Source: Polyangiaceae bacterium (GTDB lineage: Bacteria > Myxococcota_A > Polyangia > Polyangiales > Polyangiaceae). Taken from it: DNA of 64,000 nucleotides. The notes under the pieces are model-generated. The model made no database searches. It was not told the DNA's origin and saw only the letters and a program-made list of their open reading frames with translations. The stretch lies in assembly GCA_044376115.1 (NCBI GenBank), contig JBILLK010000009.1, positions 96,001-160,000 on the forward strand, written 5' to 3'. Below, in pieces: positions 1 through 8,863 of the stretch (its first letter is position 1; each line of letters begins with the position of its first letter). The translations under genes and the position numbers were made by a program.

Positions 1-448
1 AATCTCCCGGCGCGCCCAACTGGTCTTTGAGCGATTGATAGAAGGTGAGGTCGATGTAGACCTTGTCATCGCCAGGGCAGTAGAAGGGCCCCACCGCGCT
101 ATCGGCTTCACCGCACGCGCTGTCGACGGCGTCGCTGAACACCACCATCGTGGCTTTGCGATAAGGCCGCTCGAACTGCTCCGGAAAGAGCTTGGCCCAG
201 GTGGCTTGGTTGTCGTCGAGAACGTAGGAGACGAACTCGAGCGCCTTGTCATCCGCGGCGCCAGCTGCGCGTGGCTCTTGGCTCGCCCCGCCGCCTACCG
301 AGCGCAGTAAATCTTTGCCGAGCACCGCGCTGAGCAACGCCAGGATGAGCGTTCCAGCGAGTCCCAGCTTGATGCCCATGCCGCGCGGCGCTGATTGCCC
401 TCGCCGATCTTCGACATCGGAGCTGCGGTGTCCCGGTTCCCACTTCAT
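1..448 (-). CDS. Neutral zinc metallopeptidase (YpfJ/KPN_02809 family), 5' part only; runs off the window start
   Basis: Manual translation from ATG 448: MKWEPGHRSSDVEDRRG... then a hydrophobic segment and ...SACGEADSAVGPFYCPGDDKVYIDLTFYQSLKDQLGAPGD, the family's GPFYCP-D-KVY-D motif. Confidence 0.85.
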   Translation of the reverse strand, partial: MKWEPGHRSSDVEDRRGQSAPRGMGIKLGLAGTLILALLSAVLGKDLLRSVGGGASQEPRAAGAADDKALEFVSYVLDDNQATWAKLFPEQFERPYRKATMVVFSDAVDSACGEADSAVGPFYCPGDDKVYIDLTFYQSLKDQLGAPGD

Positions 449-559
449 GCACGCGGCTTATGCACCGTCGCTGGAGGGAGCAACAAGAATGACTTGGCTC
501 CCCTCGCGAATCGCTGTTCGCAGTGGTCGTTCGCTCGTCGCCGCTCGCGACCTGATTCG

Positions 560-3007
560 CTACAGGCGGCCTGCGCGACGACGCCGTGCCAGGAGCAACA
601 GCCCGAGCGCCCAGGCAGCTGCAGACCCGCCTGATTGCGCTGGAGACGCGCTGCACAGCCCACCGGTCACCGTGGGGACACCCGTACCAGCCCAGGCGTC
701 GATTCCCACGGCGAGGACCTGCGTCTCGCCGATCGGCTTACCGTCGTAGAGCACGCTAACTCTCAGGTTGTTTCCGCCTCCGCCGTTCGGTCCTGCAATG
801 CTGAAGGTGTAGGTACCGTGGCTGATCTTGCGGGGAGCCTCGACCAACACGCCTCCGTCGAGGTCGATGCTCAGTGAGCTCGCCGAGAGGCCGGAGGCGA
901 GCGTTCCGTCCTCCCGTCGAAGTTGAATGATGCCTCTGAGCGGCCACGTCTCGTCCGGTCGTGGATGCTCGCCGCTCAGGTACCAGAAGCTGTTGGTCAG
1001 ACTGGGCGCTTCCCCCGTGTCCGGCTCTTCCGCCAAGGCTTGCAAGGCGTTCTTGAGATCCAGCGCGCCGGCTCCAATCTGCGCCTGGTAACGCACCGGG
1101 GCGTTGGGCTTGCGAGCTGAGGCTTGAAGGATCTCGGTCGCTGCAGCCTGCGTCAGCTCGGGGCGCTGCTGAAGCAACAAGGCCACCGCTCCCGCAACCA
1201 CCGGCGCGCTCATCGAGGTTCCGCTTTGGATCGCGTACTCGTCGGTGAGCAAAAAACAAAAGTCGTCGGTCGGGCAACCGGGCGGATTGAAGATCGAATC
1301 GTCATTCACGTCGGGGCTTGCGTCCTCCCCCAACGCTGCCGCTACGAATGCGCCAGGCGCAGTGATCTCCGGCTTGGGCACCCCCAGCGGCGTCGGTCCG
1401 GCGCCGCTGAAGTAACACGGCATATCCGTCATCGGGTCTGAGCTCCCGCCGAATTCAGGGATCTCGATCAAGCCGACGTCGCGCGAGCCCCAGCGTAGCC
1501 GATTGACCGTGCAGCCAACGGCCAACACGTCGGGGTGGGTCGCAGGTTGATTGACGGTGCCCTCGACGGTCGCACGTCGGAAGTAGGCACCGCTCGTTTG
1601 AGTGCCTCGTGCAACGACCCACATCTGAGCATCGCCGCTGCCTTCGAGCAGCAGTCGGAATTGGCCGTCCTTCTCCCAATCACCACTGATCGCCACCACT
1701 GCGCTGTTGGTGTCGGGATTGATCGACGAGTTCTCGTTCACGAGGTTGTTGACGATCGCTGCCGAGATGTCGTCGGTGTTGTAGCCAGACTCGTCGCCGG
1801 GCCCCACGAGCCCGATCCAACCTTCACCGCCTGGGCCCTCCAGCCCGACTGAAACCTCGTCCCCCGGGCGGAAGGTGATCCAAATATAGAGGTCCCCGCC
1901 GTCCGCTCCGGGCACCAAAATCGGAACCTCGGCGGGGGCGTGCGGCTCTACATGGATCTCGGTGTGCGAGCCGAGGCGATCATCATCCGTCTCCTCTTCG
2001 CTCAATTTGTACAGCCCACCGCTGTTGCCGGAGGCAGCGACGATCACTCTGCCGGGCTGGTTCTGCGCGACGAATGCCGCGGTTCCCCGCTCGAGCAGGC
2101 TCGTCCCGTCGTGAGGCCCGTACTCCCCACCGAGGCTCAAATTGGCGACAGCGGGCATGCCCATCGCCTCCGCTCGTTCGAAGATGAAGTCACAGCCGCG
2201 AATGATTTCGCCGTCCCCGAAGCCGCCATTTTCACTCGGCGCCGCGATCACCAAAGTGGCCTCTGGCGCTATTCCGGAGAGCGCCGTGAAGGTACCGAAC
2301 ACTGGGCCTTGGCCATTGCCAGCGGCGATCGACGCGACGTGGGTGCCGTGGCCCACGGGGTCACGCAGATCGTTGGTGAGCGAGTCCTCTTTCAGAAACT
2401 CGTTGATCTCGTCGGCGGAGTACACGGCACACCGCGCCTGATTCTCCGAGGTGCAACCAAAGCGCTCTTCGAGCTCAGGGTGAAACCCGCGCGGTGGTCC
2501 CCAGGTCAGCAGCCACGCGATCCGCGTCGAGCCGTCCACGTTGCGGAAAGTCGGATGGCGGATATCGATCCCGGTGTCGACCACGCCCACGACCACACCG
2601 GCCCCAGTGCCTGCGCCTTCGGTGGCGGCGACGAACTCATCGAGGCGAAGGTGGGCGGCTACTTCGTTGAGCAGCGGCAGGTTGGTCGGGCCCGTCGCAA
2701 AGCTCAGGTCCTTGTGGCGGTTGACGAAGTCGAAGTAGTCCGCCGGTTGGTAGCGGCCGCTCGCGATGCCCGGGGCGACCTCAAGCAGGCCGAGCTCGGC
2801 CGCCGAAGTGCCCTTCGGCAAAGCGACGAGGAAGGGGATGCGCCCCTGCTCGTCAGCGAGCGGGTGCTTTCTCCCGCTCGCTGGGTGCGGCGTCATCAGC
2901 TCGACCAAGCGCGCGCTTGGTGGTTGGGCGTTCACCGCCGAGAAGGGGAAGCCGAAGCAGCCCAGTCCAATCGCCAACCAAGAAAGGGCACGCGCGCTCT
3001 TCAACAC
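560..3007 (-). CDS. Secreted S8 (subtilisin-like) serine peptidase with C-terminal MYXO-CTERM-like sorting tail
   Basis: Signal peptide; triad motifs VVDTGID, GHGTHVASIAAG, SGTSMSAP; C-terminus GGLCSA...AAAWALGLLLLARRRR. Confidence 0.9.
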   Translation of the reverse strand: MLKSARALSWLAIGLGCFGFPFSAVNAQPPSARLVELMTPHPASGRKHPLADEQGRIPFLVALPKGTSAAELGLLEVAPGIASGRYQPADYFDFVNRHKDLSFATGPTNLPLLNEVAAHLRLDEFVAATEGAGTGAGVVVGVVDTGIDIRHPTFRNVDGSTRIAWLLTWGPPRGFHPELEERFGCTSENQARCAVYSADEINEFLKEDSLTNDLRDPVGHGTHVASIAAGNGQGPVFGTFTALSGIAPEATLVIAAPSENGGFGDGEIIRGCDFIFERAEAMGMPAVANLSLGGEYGPHDGTSLLERGTAAFVAQNQPGRVIVAASGNSGGLYKLSEEETDDDRLGSHTEIHVEPHAPAEVPILVPGADGGDLYIWITFRPGDEVSVGLEGPGGEGWIGLVGPGDESGYNTDDISAAIVNNLVNENSSINPDTNSAVVAISGDWEKDGQFRLLLEGSGDAQMWVVARGTQTSGAYFRRATVEGTVNQPATHPDVLAVGCTVNRLRWGSRDVGLIEIPEFGGSSDPMTDMPCYFSGAGPTPLGVPKPEITAPGAFVAAALGEDASPDVNDDSIFNPPGCPTDDFCFLLTDEYAIQSGTSMSAPVVAGAVALLLQQRPELTQAAATEILQASARKPNAPVRYQAQIGAGALDLKNALQALAEEPDTGEAPSLTNSFWYLSGEHPRPDETWPLRGIIQLRREDGTLASGLSASSLSIDLDGGVLVEAPRKISHGTYTFSIAGPNGGGGNNLRVSVLYDGKPIGETQVLAVGIDAWAGTGVPTVTGGLCSASPAQSGGSAAAWALGLLLLARRRRAGRL

Positions 3008-3025
3008 GCGCTCAGGATAGGACGT

Positions 3026-4546
3026 TCAGACCGGTGGAACCATGTGCTTCTTTGCTGGTCGCGCGTCGCGCTTGTTGGCGACCATCGCGAAGCGCCGCAC
3101 GATTTCGCTACGCAGGCGTTCGGGCTGAACGATGTCGTCGATGATCAGCTCGCTGGCGAGCCGCACCAGATCGATGTCTTTGCGATACTCCGCCCGCAGA
3201 TTCTCAACCAACGCGTCTCGCTCAGGCCCCTCGGGGACCGCCTGAATCTTGTTGAAGTAGACGGCGTTCACGGCCGCGCTCGGACCCATCACGGCGATCG
3301 ACGCGGAGGGCAACGCGATACAGGCGTCTGGCTCGAAGGCAGGCCCGCACATCGCGTACAGGCCAGCGCCGTAGGCCTTGCGTACGACCACAGAGAGCTT
3401 CGGCACCGTGGCCTCACTCACCGCCGCGATCATCTTCGCTCCAGCGCGGATGATGCCTTGCTTCTCGACCACGGTTCCGATCATGAAGCCCGGCACGTCA
3501 GCCAGGTACAGCAGCGGGATATTGAAGGCGTCGCACAGCCAGATGAAGCGCGCGGCTTTGTCGGCGGAATCAACGAACAGTACGCCACCCTTGTGTTTGG
3601 GCTGGTTGGCGACGATGCCGACGACGTTGCCGTCGATGCGTGCGAGCCCCGTGACGATCTCTTTCGCGAAGCGCTTCTTGATTTCGAGGAAGGAGCCCTC
3701 GTCGACCACCGAGTCGATCACGCCCATGATGTCGAACGGCTTGTTCTCATCGACCGGGATCAGGCTGGCGAGCTTCTCGGCTGGGTGTTTGGTTGCTCGC
3801 GACTCGGCTTTGGGCGCCTTATGATCGCAGTTGGTGGGCATCAGCGCGAGGTAGCTCTTGGCCCAGGCGATCGCCTCTTGCTCCGAGTTGACGAGCACGT
3901 CCCCGCAGCCCGACTCCGAGCAGTGCATACGCGCGCCGCCTAGCTCCTCGAGCGTGACCTTTTCACCGATCACCATCTCCGCCATGCGCGGCGAGCCGAG
4001 GTACATGCTCGCGTTGCCGTCGACCATCACCACCACGTCGCAGAAAGCTGGGATGTACGCGCCGCCGGCCGCAGACGGTCCAAACAGCAAGCAAAGTTGC
4101 GGAACCACCCCGCTCATCTGCACTTCGTTGAAGAAGATCCTCCCTGCGCCACGGCGGCCCGGGAACATGTCGATCTGATCGGTGATTCGGGCTCCAGCCG
4201 AGTCGACCAGGTACAACATGGGCACGCGATTGGCGAGGCTCACCTCCTGAATCCGCAGGATCTTCTCGACCGTCCGCGCGCCCCAGGAACCAGCCTTCAC
4301 GGTGCTGTCATTGGCCATGATCGCCACTGGCCGGCCAGCCACAGTGGCCATCCCGGTGACCACACCGTCTGCGGGCAGCTCAGGGTCGACCGCGTTGGCG
4401 AACAGCCCGTCCTCGACGAAGGAGCCTTCATCCACCAAGAGCGCGATGCGCTCGCGCGCGAAGAGCTTCTTCTGCTCGGCGTTCTTCTCGTGATATTTGC
4501 GGGCTCCGCCCGATTCGATCTGGCTCTTCAGCGCGTCTGTCGACAT
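3026..4546 (-). CDS. Acyl-CoA carboxylase carboxyltransferase (beta) subunit
   Basis: ARERIALLVD, DSAGARI, SAAGGAY, LGGARMH, DVPGFMIG, RKAYGAG motifs. Confidence 0.92.
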   Translation of the reverse strand: MSTDALKSQIESGGARKYHEKNAEQKKLFARERIALLVDEGSFVEDGLFANAVDPELPADGVVTGMATVAGRPVAIMANDSTVKAGSWGARTVEKILRIQEVSLANRVPMLYLVDSAGARITDQIDMFPGRRGAGRIFFNEVQMSGVVPQLCLLFGPSAAGGAYIPAFCDVVVMVDGNASMYLGSPRMAEMVIGEKVTLEELGGARMHCSESGCGDVLVNSEQEAIAWAKSYLALMPTNCDHKAPKAESRATKHPAEKLASLIPVDENKPFDIMGVIDSVVDEGSFLEIKKRFAKEIVTGLARIDGNVVGIVANQPKHKGGVLFVDSADKAARFIWLCDAFNIPLLYLADVPGFMIGTVVEKQGIIRAGAKMIAAVSEATVPKLSVVVRKAYGAGLYAMCGPAFEPDACIALPSASIAVMGPSAAVNAVYFNKIQAVPEGPERDALVENLRAEYRKDIDLVRLASELIIDDIVQPERLRSEIVRRFAMVANKRDARPAKKHMVPPV

Positions 4547-4618
4547 GCGAGGTTGCTAGCCGCTCCGCGCCGAGCATTCAACCGAAGGTTGAGGCTAGGT
4601 CCGCCTTCGGCGGAACCC

Positions 4619-4927
4619 TCAGCCCAGCCGCATCGCTTCTTCGCTCAGCATGGCGGACACGACCGCGAGACGGACCCCTTCGGGGACGACCACCAGGCCG
4701 GTGTCGAGGTCGCGGGCGAGAGCATCGAACTCGGAGCGGCCGAACTCGTAGACGTCACGGGGGACCACGATGGCATAGGGCCGTGATTCTGCGGCGACCG
4801 TGGTCACCGAGGATAGGTCGCAGGCGATCACGAGCCCCCCGGAGGCCTCCAAGACGGCGTGTTTCACCGTGATCGACAAGCCGGGGCTGGCTGCGACGAG
4901 CACCACGGCATTGGCCAGAGTGGTCAT
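4619..4927 (-). CDS. Small hypothetical protein, possibly a degenerate receiver-like alpha/beta domain
   Basis: Alternating beta/alpha pattern (VVLVAAS..., RPYAIVV...) without the acidic phospho-acceptor pocket; start taken at ATG 4927. Confidence 0.5.
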   Translation of the reverse strand: MTTLANAVVLVAASPGLSITVKHAVLEASGGLVIACDLSSVTTVAAESRPYAIVVPRDVYEFGRSEFDALARDLDTGLVVVPEGVRLAVVSAMLSEEAMRLG

Positions 4928-5021
4928 CCGCGTTGAACGCGAGGAGTCATTCACGCTCGCGCACGTTAGCAAATCGCAGCCATCAAGTCGCGAACAGAAG
5001 CCGCAACATCAACGAGATAGC

Positions 5022-6401
5022 TCAGGCGCTCGCTCGAACCAGCGTACGCGCGGCTGCCTCCAGCTCGCTCGGTGATCTCGCCAAGAGCACCGTTGCGTGC
5101 CGAGCGTAAACATTCATCCGGCTGTCGGCCTGCCCCCATTGCGACGGCTCCTCGGGACATAGCCAAAAAACGGCTCGGGCCTTGCGCTTCAACTCAAGCA
5201 AGTCGGTGAGCCCGTCTGCGGCGAAGTTGGTGCGACCATCCCCAAGCACCACCAAGGTGGTTCGCCGGTCCACGGTTTCCCCCACGTGGCGTAAAAGGTC
5301 TGCGAACGCACGGCCGTAGTTGGAGGTCGCCGAAAGCGAGATCAACGTGCCGCTCTGGATCGTGGACAGCGCTTGGTCGGCTCCGTTCTCGCGCAGCAAG
5401 CTGGTGACCTCACAAACCTGCGAGACGAAGATGAAGGTCCGCACGCGGCGCAGTAGCTGCTGGGCTGCGGCGATGAACTCCAACAGGAACGCCGACACCG
5501 TGCGAACCGAATCCGACAGGTCGCACAGCACGATCGCCTTGGCGCGATCACGACGAGGACGTTTGCGGACGAGCTTCATCGGGACGCCGCCGGTTCGAAG
5601 CGCAGCGCGCAGCGTGCCTCGCAGCTCGATGCGACCGCGGCGAGAACGTTTCTCGCGGACGCGCGCTTGCCCCTCGAGCTTCTCCGCGAGCGCCCGGACA
5701 GCCTGTTGGGTGCGTTGGCGTTGTTCATGGGTGTCGCCAAACCCAACGGCGTCCGCCGCTTGCGCGCCCTTGACCAACTCTTGCTCCAGCGTGGCTCGAA
5801 CGCGGCGTTTCATCGCAGCGAGCTCCTGCTCGAGAGCGCTCGCAAGCTCGAGCGAGCGAGCTTCTCCGAAGGCGTCGGCGAAGAGCGCTTGAAGTCGCGC
5901 AAAGACAGCCTGCGCGCTGCGAGCCGAAAGGGCGGTCATGGTCTTCTCGGTGAAGTACCCGGCGGTGTTCTTGCCCTTCATCTCGCGGCGCACCGAGCGC
6001 ATGCGGCTGGTCGTGAGCAGCCACCAGAGCTCGCTGCTCGAGCCCGCCAAGGCTTGCACCATCAGTCCGTCTCCCGCGCTGCCCGTGCGGTTTGCTGCGG
6101 CCTGCAGGAAATCCCGCACGACCGAGAGCTCAGCGTCGGCGAAGCCGCGCACGCGCAGACGTTGCCAAAAATCTGCGGCGTGGGGACTCTGCAGCGAGAA
6201 GAAGCGGTCGAAGGAAGCGTTGAATACGCTGCGGTCTGCTTGCCTCTCGACGAGCACCGCTGCCAGCGCGCTTCGCAACTGTGTAGGCTCATCGAACCCG
6301 ACCAGTTGGATCGCTCGCACGGCTTGCAATGCTTGATCGGTCGAAATAGCGAAGCCGTCCCGGCGCAGGGACCAAAGCAGCTCGCTGACGAGGAGCAACA
6401 T
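5022..6401 (-). CDS. CoxE-like VWA domain protein
   Basis: N-terminal LRRDGFAIST...F..FF helical region; RGRIELRGTLRAALRTGGVP, LCDLSDSV (MIDAS-like), SNYGRA, VLGDGRTN. Confidence 0.85.
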   Translation of the reverse strand: MLLLVSELLWSLRRDGFAISTDQALQAVRAIQLVGFDEPTQLRSALAAVLVERQADRSVFNASFDRFFSLQSPHAADFWQRLRVRGFADAELSVVRDFLQAAANRTGSAGDGLMVQALAGSSSELWWLLTTSRMRSVRREMKGKNTAGYFTEKTMTALSARSAQAVFARLQALFADAFGEARSLELASALEQELAAMKRRVRATLEQELVKGAQAADAVGFGDTHEQRQRTQQAVRALAEKLEGQARVREKRSRRGRIELRGTLRAALRTGGVPMKLVRKRPRRDRAKAIVLCDLSDSVRTVSAFLLEFIAAAQQLLRRVRTFIFVSQVCEVTSLLRENGADQALSTIQSGTLISLSATSNYGRAFADLLRHVGETVDRRTTLVVLGDGRTNFAADGLTDLLELKRKARAVFWLCPEEPSQWGQADSRMNVYARHATVLLARSPSELEAAARTLVRASA

Positions 6402-6406
6402 CGCGG

Positions 6407-7252
6407 CTAACTGGCTTCGGCCAGCAGCTTCTTCAGCAACGGCTCGAAGGAGGCTTTGCTGCTCTCACCGATCTGAACGCCGCGGATCACGCCCTTGCGG
6501 TCGATCAGGAAGAAGGTCGGTAGTGCGGAAACGAAGTAGTCCTTGATCGTGTCGACGCTGGTCGTCGCGCCGATGGCGTACTTGATCTTCTGTTTGCGCG
6601 CAGCGGCCAAAGCGTCCTCCGTCGTGTCATCGGTGAGCCCCACTACACGCAGCCCCTGCGCGCCGAACTCGTCGGAGAGCGTGTTCAAGACCGGGGCCAT
6701 CGCTCGACACGCCGAGCACCATGAGGCCCAGAAATCGAGCAGCACGACCTTGCCGCGCAGTTGCTTGATGTCGGAGAACTCGCCTTGCGCGGCGGTGACG
6801 CCTTTCCACGAAGCAGCGAAGGTCCCTACCTTGTCGCGACGCAGCACCTCAAGTTGCCCCGGGTGCGCCTCGACCTCGACCTTCACCACGACGCTCTGCT
6901 CAGCCCGCAGCACGTCCAGCGTGAGCGTGTTGCCAGGGCCGGCCTTTTGCGTCGCCGAGATCAGCGCACGAGGATTGGCCACGGCTTCCCCGTTGGCTCG
7001 GAGCACGAGGTCCCCCGCCTTCATCTGAACTTTGTCGGCGGGGGAGCCGCGCAGCACGCGCTTCACCAGCACGCCTTTGTCTGCGACGGCGAGCTCGAGA
7101 CCGAGCCAGCCCCGAGCCGATTCTGCGAGCGCTGGGGTCTCCATCGCGAGCGCCCCAAGCGCGAGCAACCCGAGCGAAGTGCGACGGGAAATCAACGGAG
7201 CTGCACCTGCCTTCGGCGGGAGGCCTGAGTTCACAGGCACGATGCGCGACAT
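6407..7252 (-). CDS. Exported PDZ + TlpA-like thioredoxin
   Basis: GWLGLEL/GSPADK/GDLVLRANG PDZ motifs; GKVVLLDFWASWCSAC and ALPTFFLID TlpA motifs; SRRTSLG may be a Tat signal. Confidence 0.85.
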   Translation of the reverse strand: MSRIVPVNSGLPPKAGAAPLISRRTSLGLLALGALAMETPALAESARGWLGLELAVADKGVLVKRVLRGSPADKVQMKAGDLVLRANGEAVANPRALISATQKAGPGNTLTLDVLRAEQSVVVKVEVEAHPGQLEVLRRDKVGTFAASWKGVTAAQGEFSDIKQLRGKVVLLDFWASWCSACRAMAPVLNTLSDEFGAQGLRVVGLTDDTTEDALAAARKQKIKYAIGATTSVDTIKDYFVSALPTFFLIDRKGVIRGVQIGESSKASFEPLLKKLLAEAS

Positions 7253-7271
7253 TGGACTACTGTACCGCCTG

Positions 7272-7751
7272 ATGCAGCCGGTCGCACGCGGAGCCATACT
7301 TCTTTTGGTTTTCACAGGCTGCCAGGAGGCTCCGCGCGGCCGAGCTCCAGCCGCGCCCGAGCCGTCCTCGAGCGTGAGTTCCGCTGAACCGAGTCAGCTC
7401 CTGTCGCTGCCGCCGCTACGCCGGGTGGGTCGAGGTCTTTCGAGCCACCCAGTGGGGCGGTTCGACGGGCTGCTGTCTGTGTCGGAGGGGTTCGCCTACG
7501 GTGCGCCCGAACGAAGTGTGCCAGCCGCGGGCACGACGCTCGTGGTCACGTTGGTGCCGGTCGGAGCAGACGGGCAAGGTCTCCAATACGTGATGAAGCG
7601 CGAGGCCCCCGGGTACTTCCCTGAAGGCGGTGACTGGCGATTTGGCGTGATTGGCGTCGATGGCGCCGTTCAAGCCGAAGGCAAACTCGCTTTGTGCGCG
7701 CGTTGTCACGCAGAGGCTCCTCGTGACCACCTGTTTGAGCGACTACGCTGA
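7272..7751 (+). CDS. Cytochrome P460/c'-beta family lipoprotein
   Basis: Lipobox-like VFTGC; YVMKREAPGYFPEGGDWRF and C-terminal CARCH...DHLF, typical of the P460 fold. Confidence 0.7.
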   Translation: MQPVARGAILLLVFTGCQEAPRGRAPAAPEPSSSVSSAEPSQLLSLPPLRRVGRGLSSHPVGRFDGLLSVSEGFAYGAPERSVPAAGTTLVVTLVPVGADGQGLQYVMKREAPGYFPEGGDWRFGVIGVDGAVQAEGKLALCARCHAEAPRDHLFERLR

Positions 7752-7874
7752 CCTCGCAAATGTTGCGGGGTCGACGGCTGACCACGACATCGCTGCCGGG
7801 GGATCAACTCGAGCGAAACCTTCGCGGCGGGAGCTGAGCAACGGAACCAGGGGAATTGTTCCCGAAAATCTCGT

Positions 7875-7890
7875 TGGCACGCTGAGTGCT
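7875..7890 (+). promoter_or_regulatory. Putative sigma54 (-24/-12) promoter
   Basis: TGGCACGCTGAGTGCT matches TGGCACG-N4-TTGC with exact GG-N10-GC spacing. Confidence 0.7.
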
Positions 7891-8197
7891 TAACGGCTTT
7901 TCGTAACTTTCCTTAAGCGAGCTTCTCCCTAGCTTCTTCTTCTCTTCTCCTTCGCTTTCCCTTCTTTTGCGGCTTTCTTCGCCTTGTTAGCTTGTTCCTT
8001 CTCAGCGCCGCGGGCGCGCCTTCCCTTCTAACTTGTCTGCACGTTGGGGTTCCTCCGGTTCCCCTTGCTCAAGTGAATCGTCGATACGCGGTGCTCCTCG
8101 GAGTTACCGCGTTTCGTCGTTTGTGGCTGGCTGCGTCCTCGTGTCAGCTCTGAGGGCGCGGAGCGTCGAATCATTTGTTGTCTCGTGACGACATTGC

Positions 8198-8226
8198 TTG
8201 ACTGATTCTGTGACTGGGAATACACC
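8198..8226 (+). promoter_or_regulatory. Putative sigma70-type promoter of the tRNA-Arg/tadA unit
   Basis: TTGACT-N17-TACACC ending 15 nt before the tRNA. Confidence 0.5.
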
Positions 8227-8241
8227 GCGTTCCTGTCGACT

Positions 8242-8315
8242 GCGCCCATAGCTCAGCTGGATAGAGCACAGGCCTACGAAGCCTGGTGTCGGAAGTTCGA
8301 ATCTTCCTGGGCGCG
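8242..8315 (+). tRNA. tRNA-Arg (anticodon ACG, edited to ICG); CCA not encoded
   Basis: Acceptor stem GCGCCCA/TGGGCGC, D-arm AGCTCAGCTGGATAGAGC, anticodon arm CAGGC-CTACGAA-GCCTG, T-arm GGAAG-TTCGAAT-CTTCC. Confidence 0.97.
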
Positions 8316-8383
8316 CTATCCTCTCCCGGCCAAAAGCCGTTTGTCCACACGGCGAACGGGGCCGTTGGAGAAGCGAGGCAGCC

Positions 8384-8863
8384 TTGGCTGAAGCTGAAGA
8401 CGAGGGCTTCATGGCCTTGGCGCTCGAGCAAGCGAAGATCGCTGGCGCGCTCGGCGATGTTCCCGTTGGCGCGGTGATGGTCGTTGGCGGTGAGGTGCTC
8501 TCGGTCGGGCACAATCGCCGCGAGTTGGACCAAGATCCGACGGCGCATGCCGAGATTGTGGCGCTGCGCTATGCGGCGCGTGCTCGTGGTCACTGGCGAC
8601 TCGGTGGGGCGAGCCTCTATGTCACGCTCGAGCCCTGTCCGATGTGTGCTGGGGCTTTGGTCATGGCGCGGGTGGACCGCGTGATCTTCGGTTGCCAGGA
8701 CCCCAAAGGCGGCGCCTGCGAGTCGCTGTTCAACATCGGTCAAGACGGCAGGCTCAACCACCGTTTCGAGATCGTCGGTGGGGTGCGGGCTGAAGCTTGC
8801 GCAGCCGTTTTGAAGGACTTCTTTGCCGCACGCCGTCCGGCCAAACGCAGCGTCAGCGCCTGA
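8384..8863 (+). CDS. tadA: tRNA-specific adenosine-34 deaminase
   Basis: DVPVGAV, DPTAHAE, TLEPCPMCAGA, DPKGGA, FFAARR; start codon approximate. Confidence 0.95.
   Translation: MAEAEDEGFMALALEQAKIAGALGDVPVGAVMVVGGEVLSVGHNRRELDQDPTAHAEIVALRYAARARGHWRLGGASLYVTLEPCPMCAGALVMARVDRVIFGCQDPKGGACESLFNIGQDGRLNHRFEIVGGVRAEACAAVLKDFFAARRPAKRSVSA

Noticed and set aside
1940..3943. 667-aa plus-strand ORF
   Set aside because: Antisense shadow of the S8 peptidase and carboxyltransferase; no motifs; typical high-GC artefact.
7929..8042. Minus-strand GGAGGA-GTG frame MQTS*KGRRARGAEKEQANKAKKAAKEGKAKEKRRRS with an in-frame TAG (readthrough or pseudogene)
   Set aside because: The Lys/Glu/Arg content follows trivially from the purine-rich tract; no homology or recoding signal was recognised.
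8242..8400. tRNA as an integration site for a genomic island
   Set aside because: No integrase and no duplicated tRNA 3' end were noticed; housekeeping tadA follows directly.
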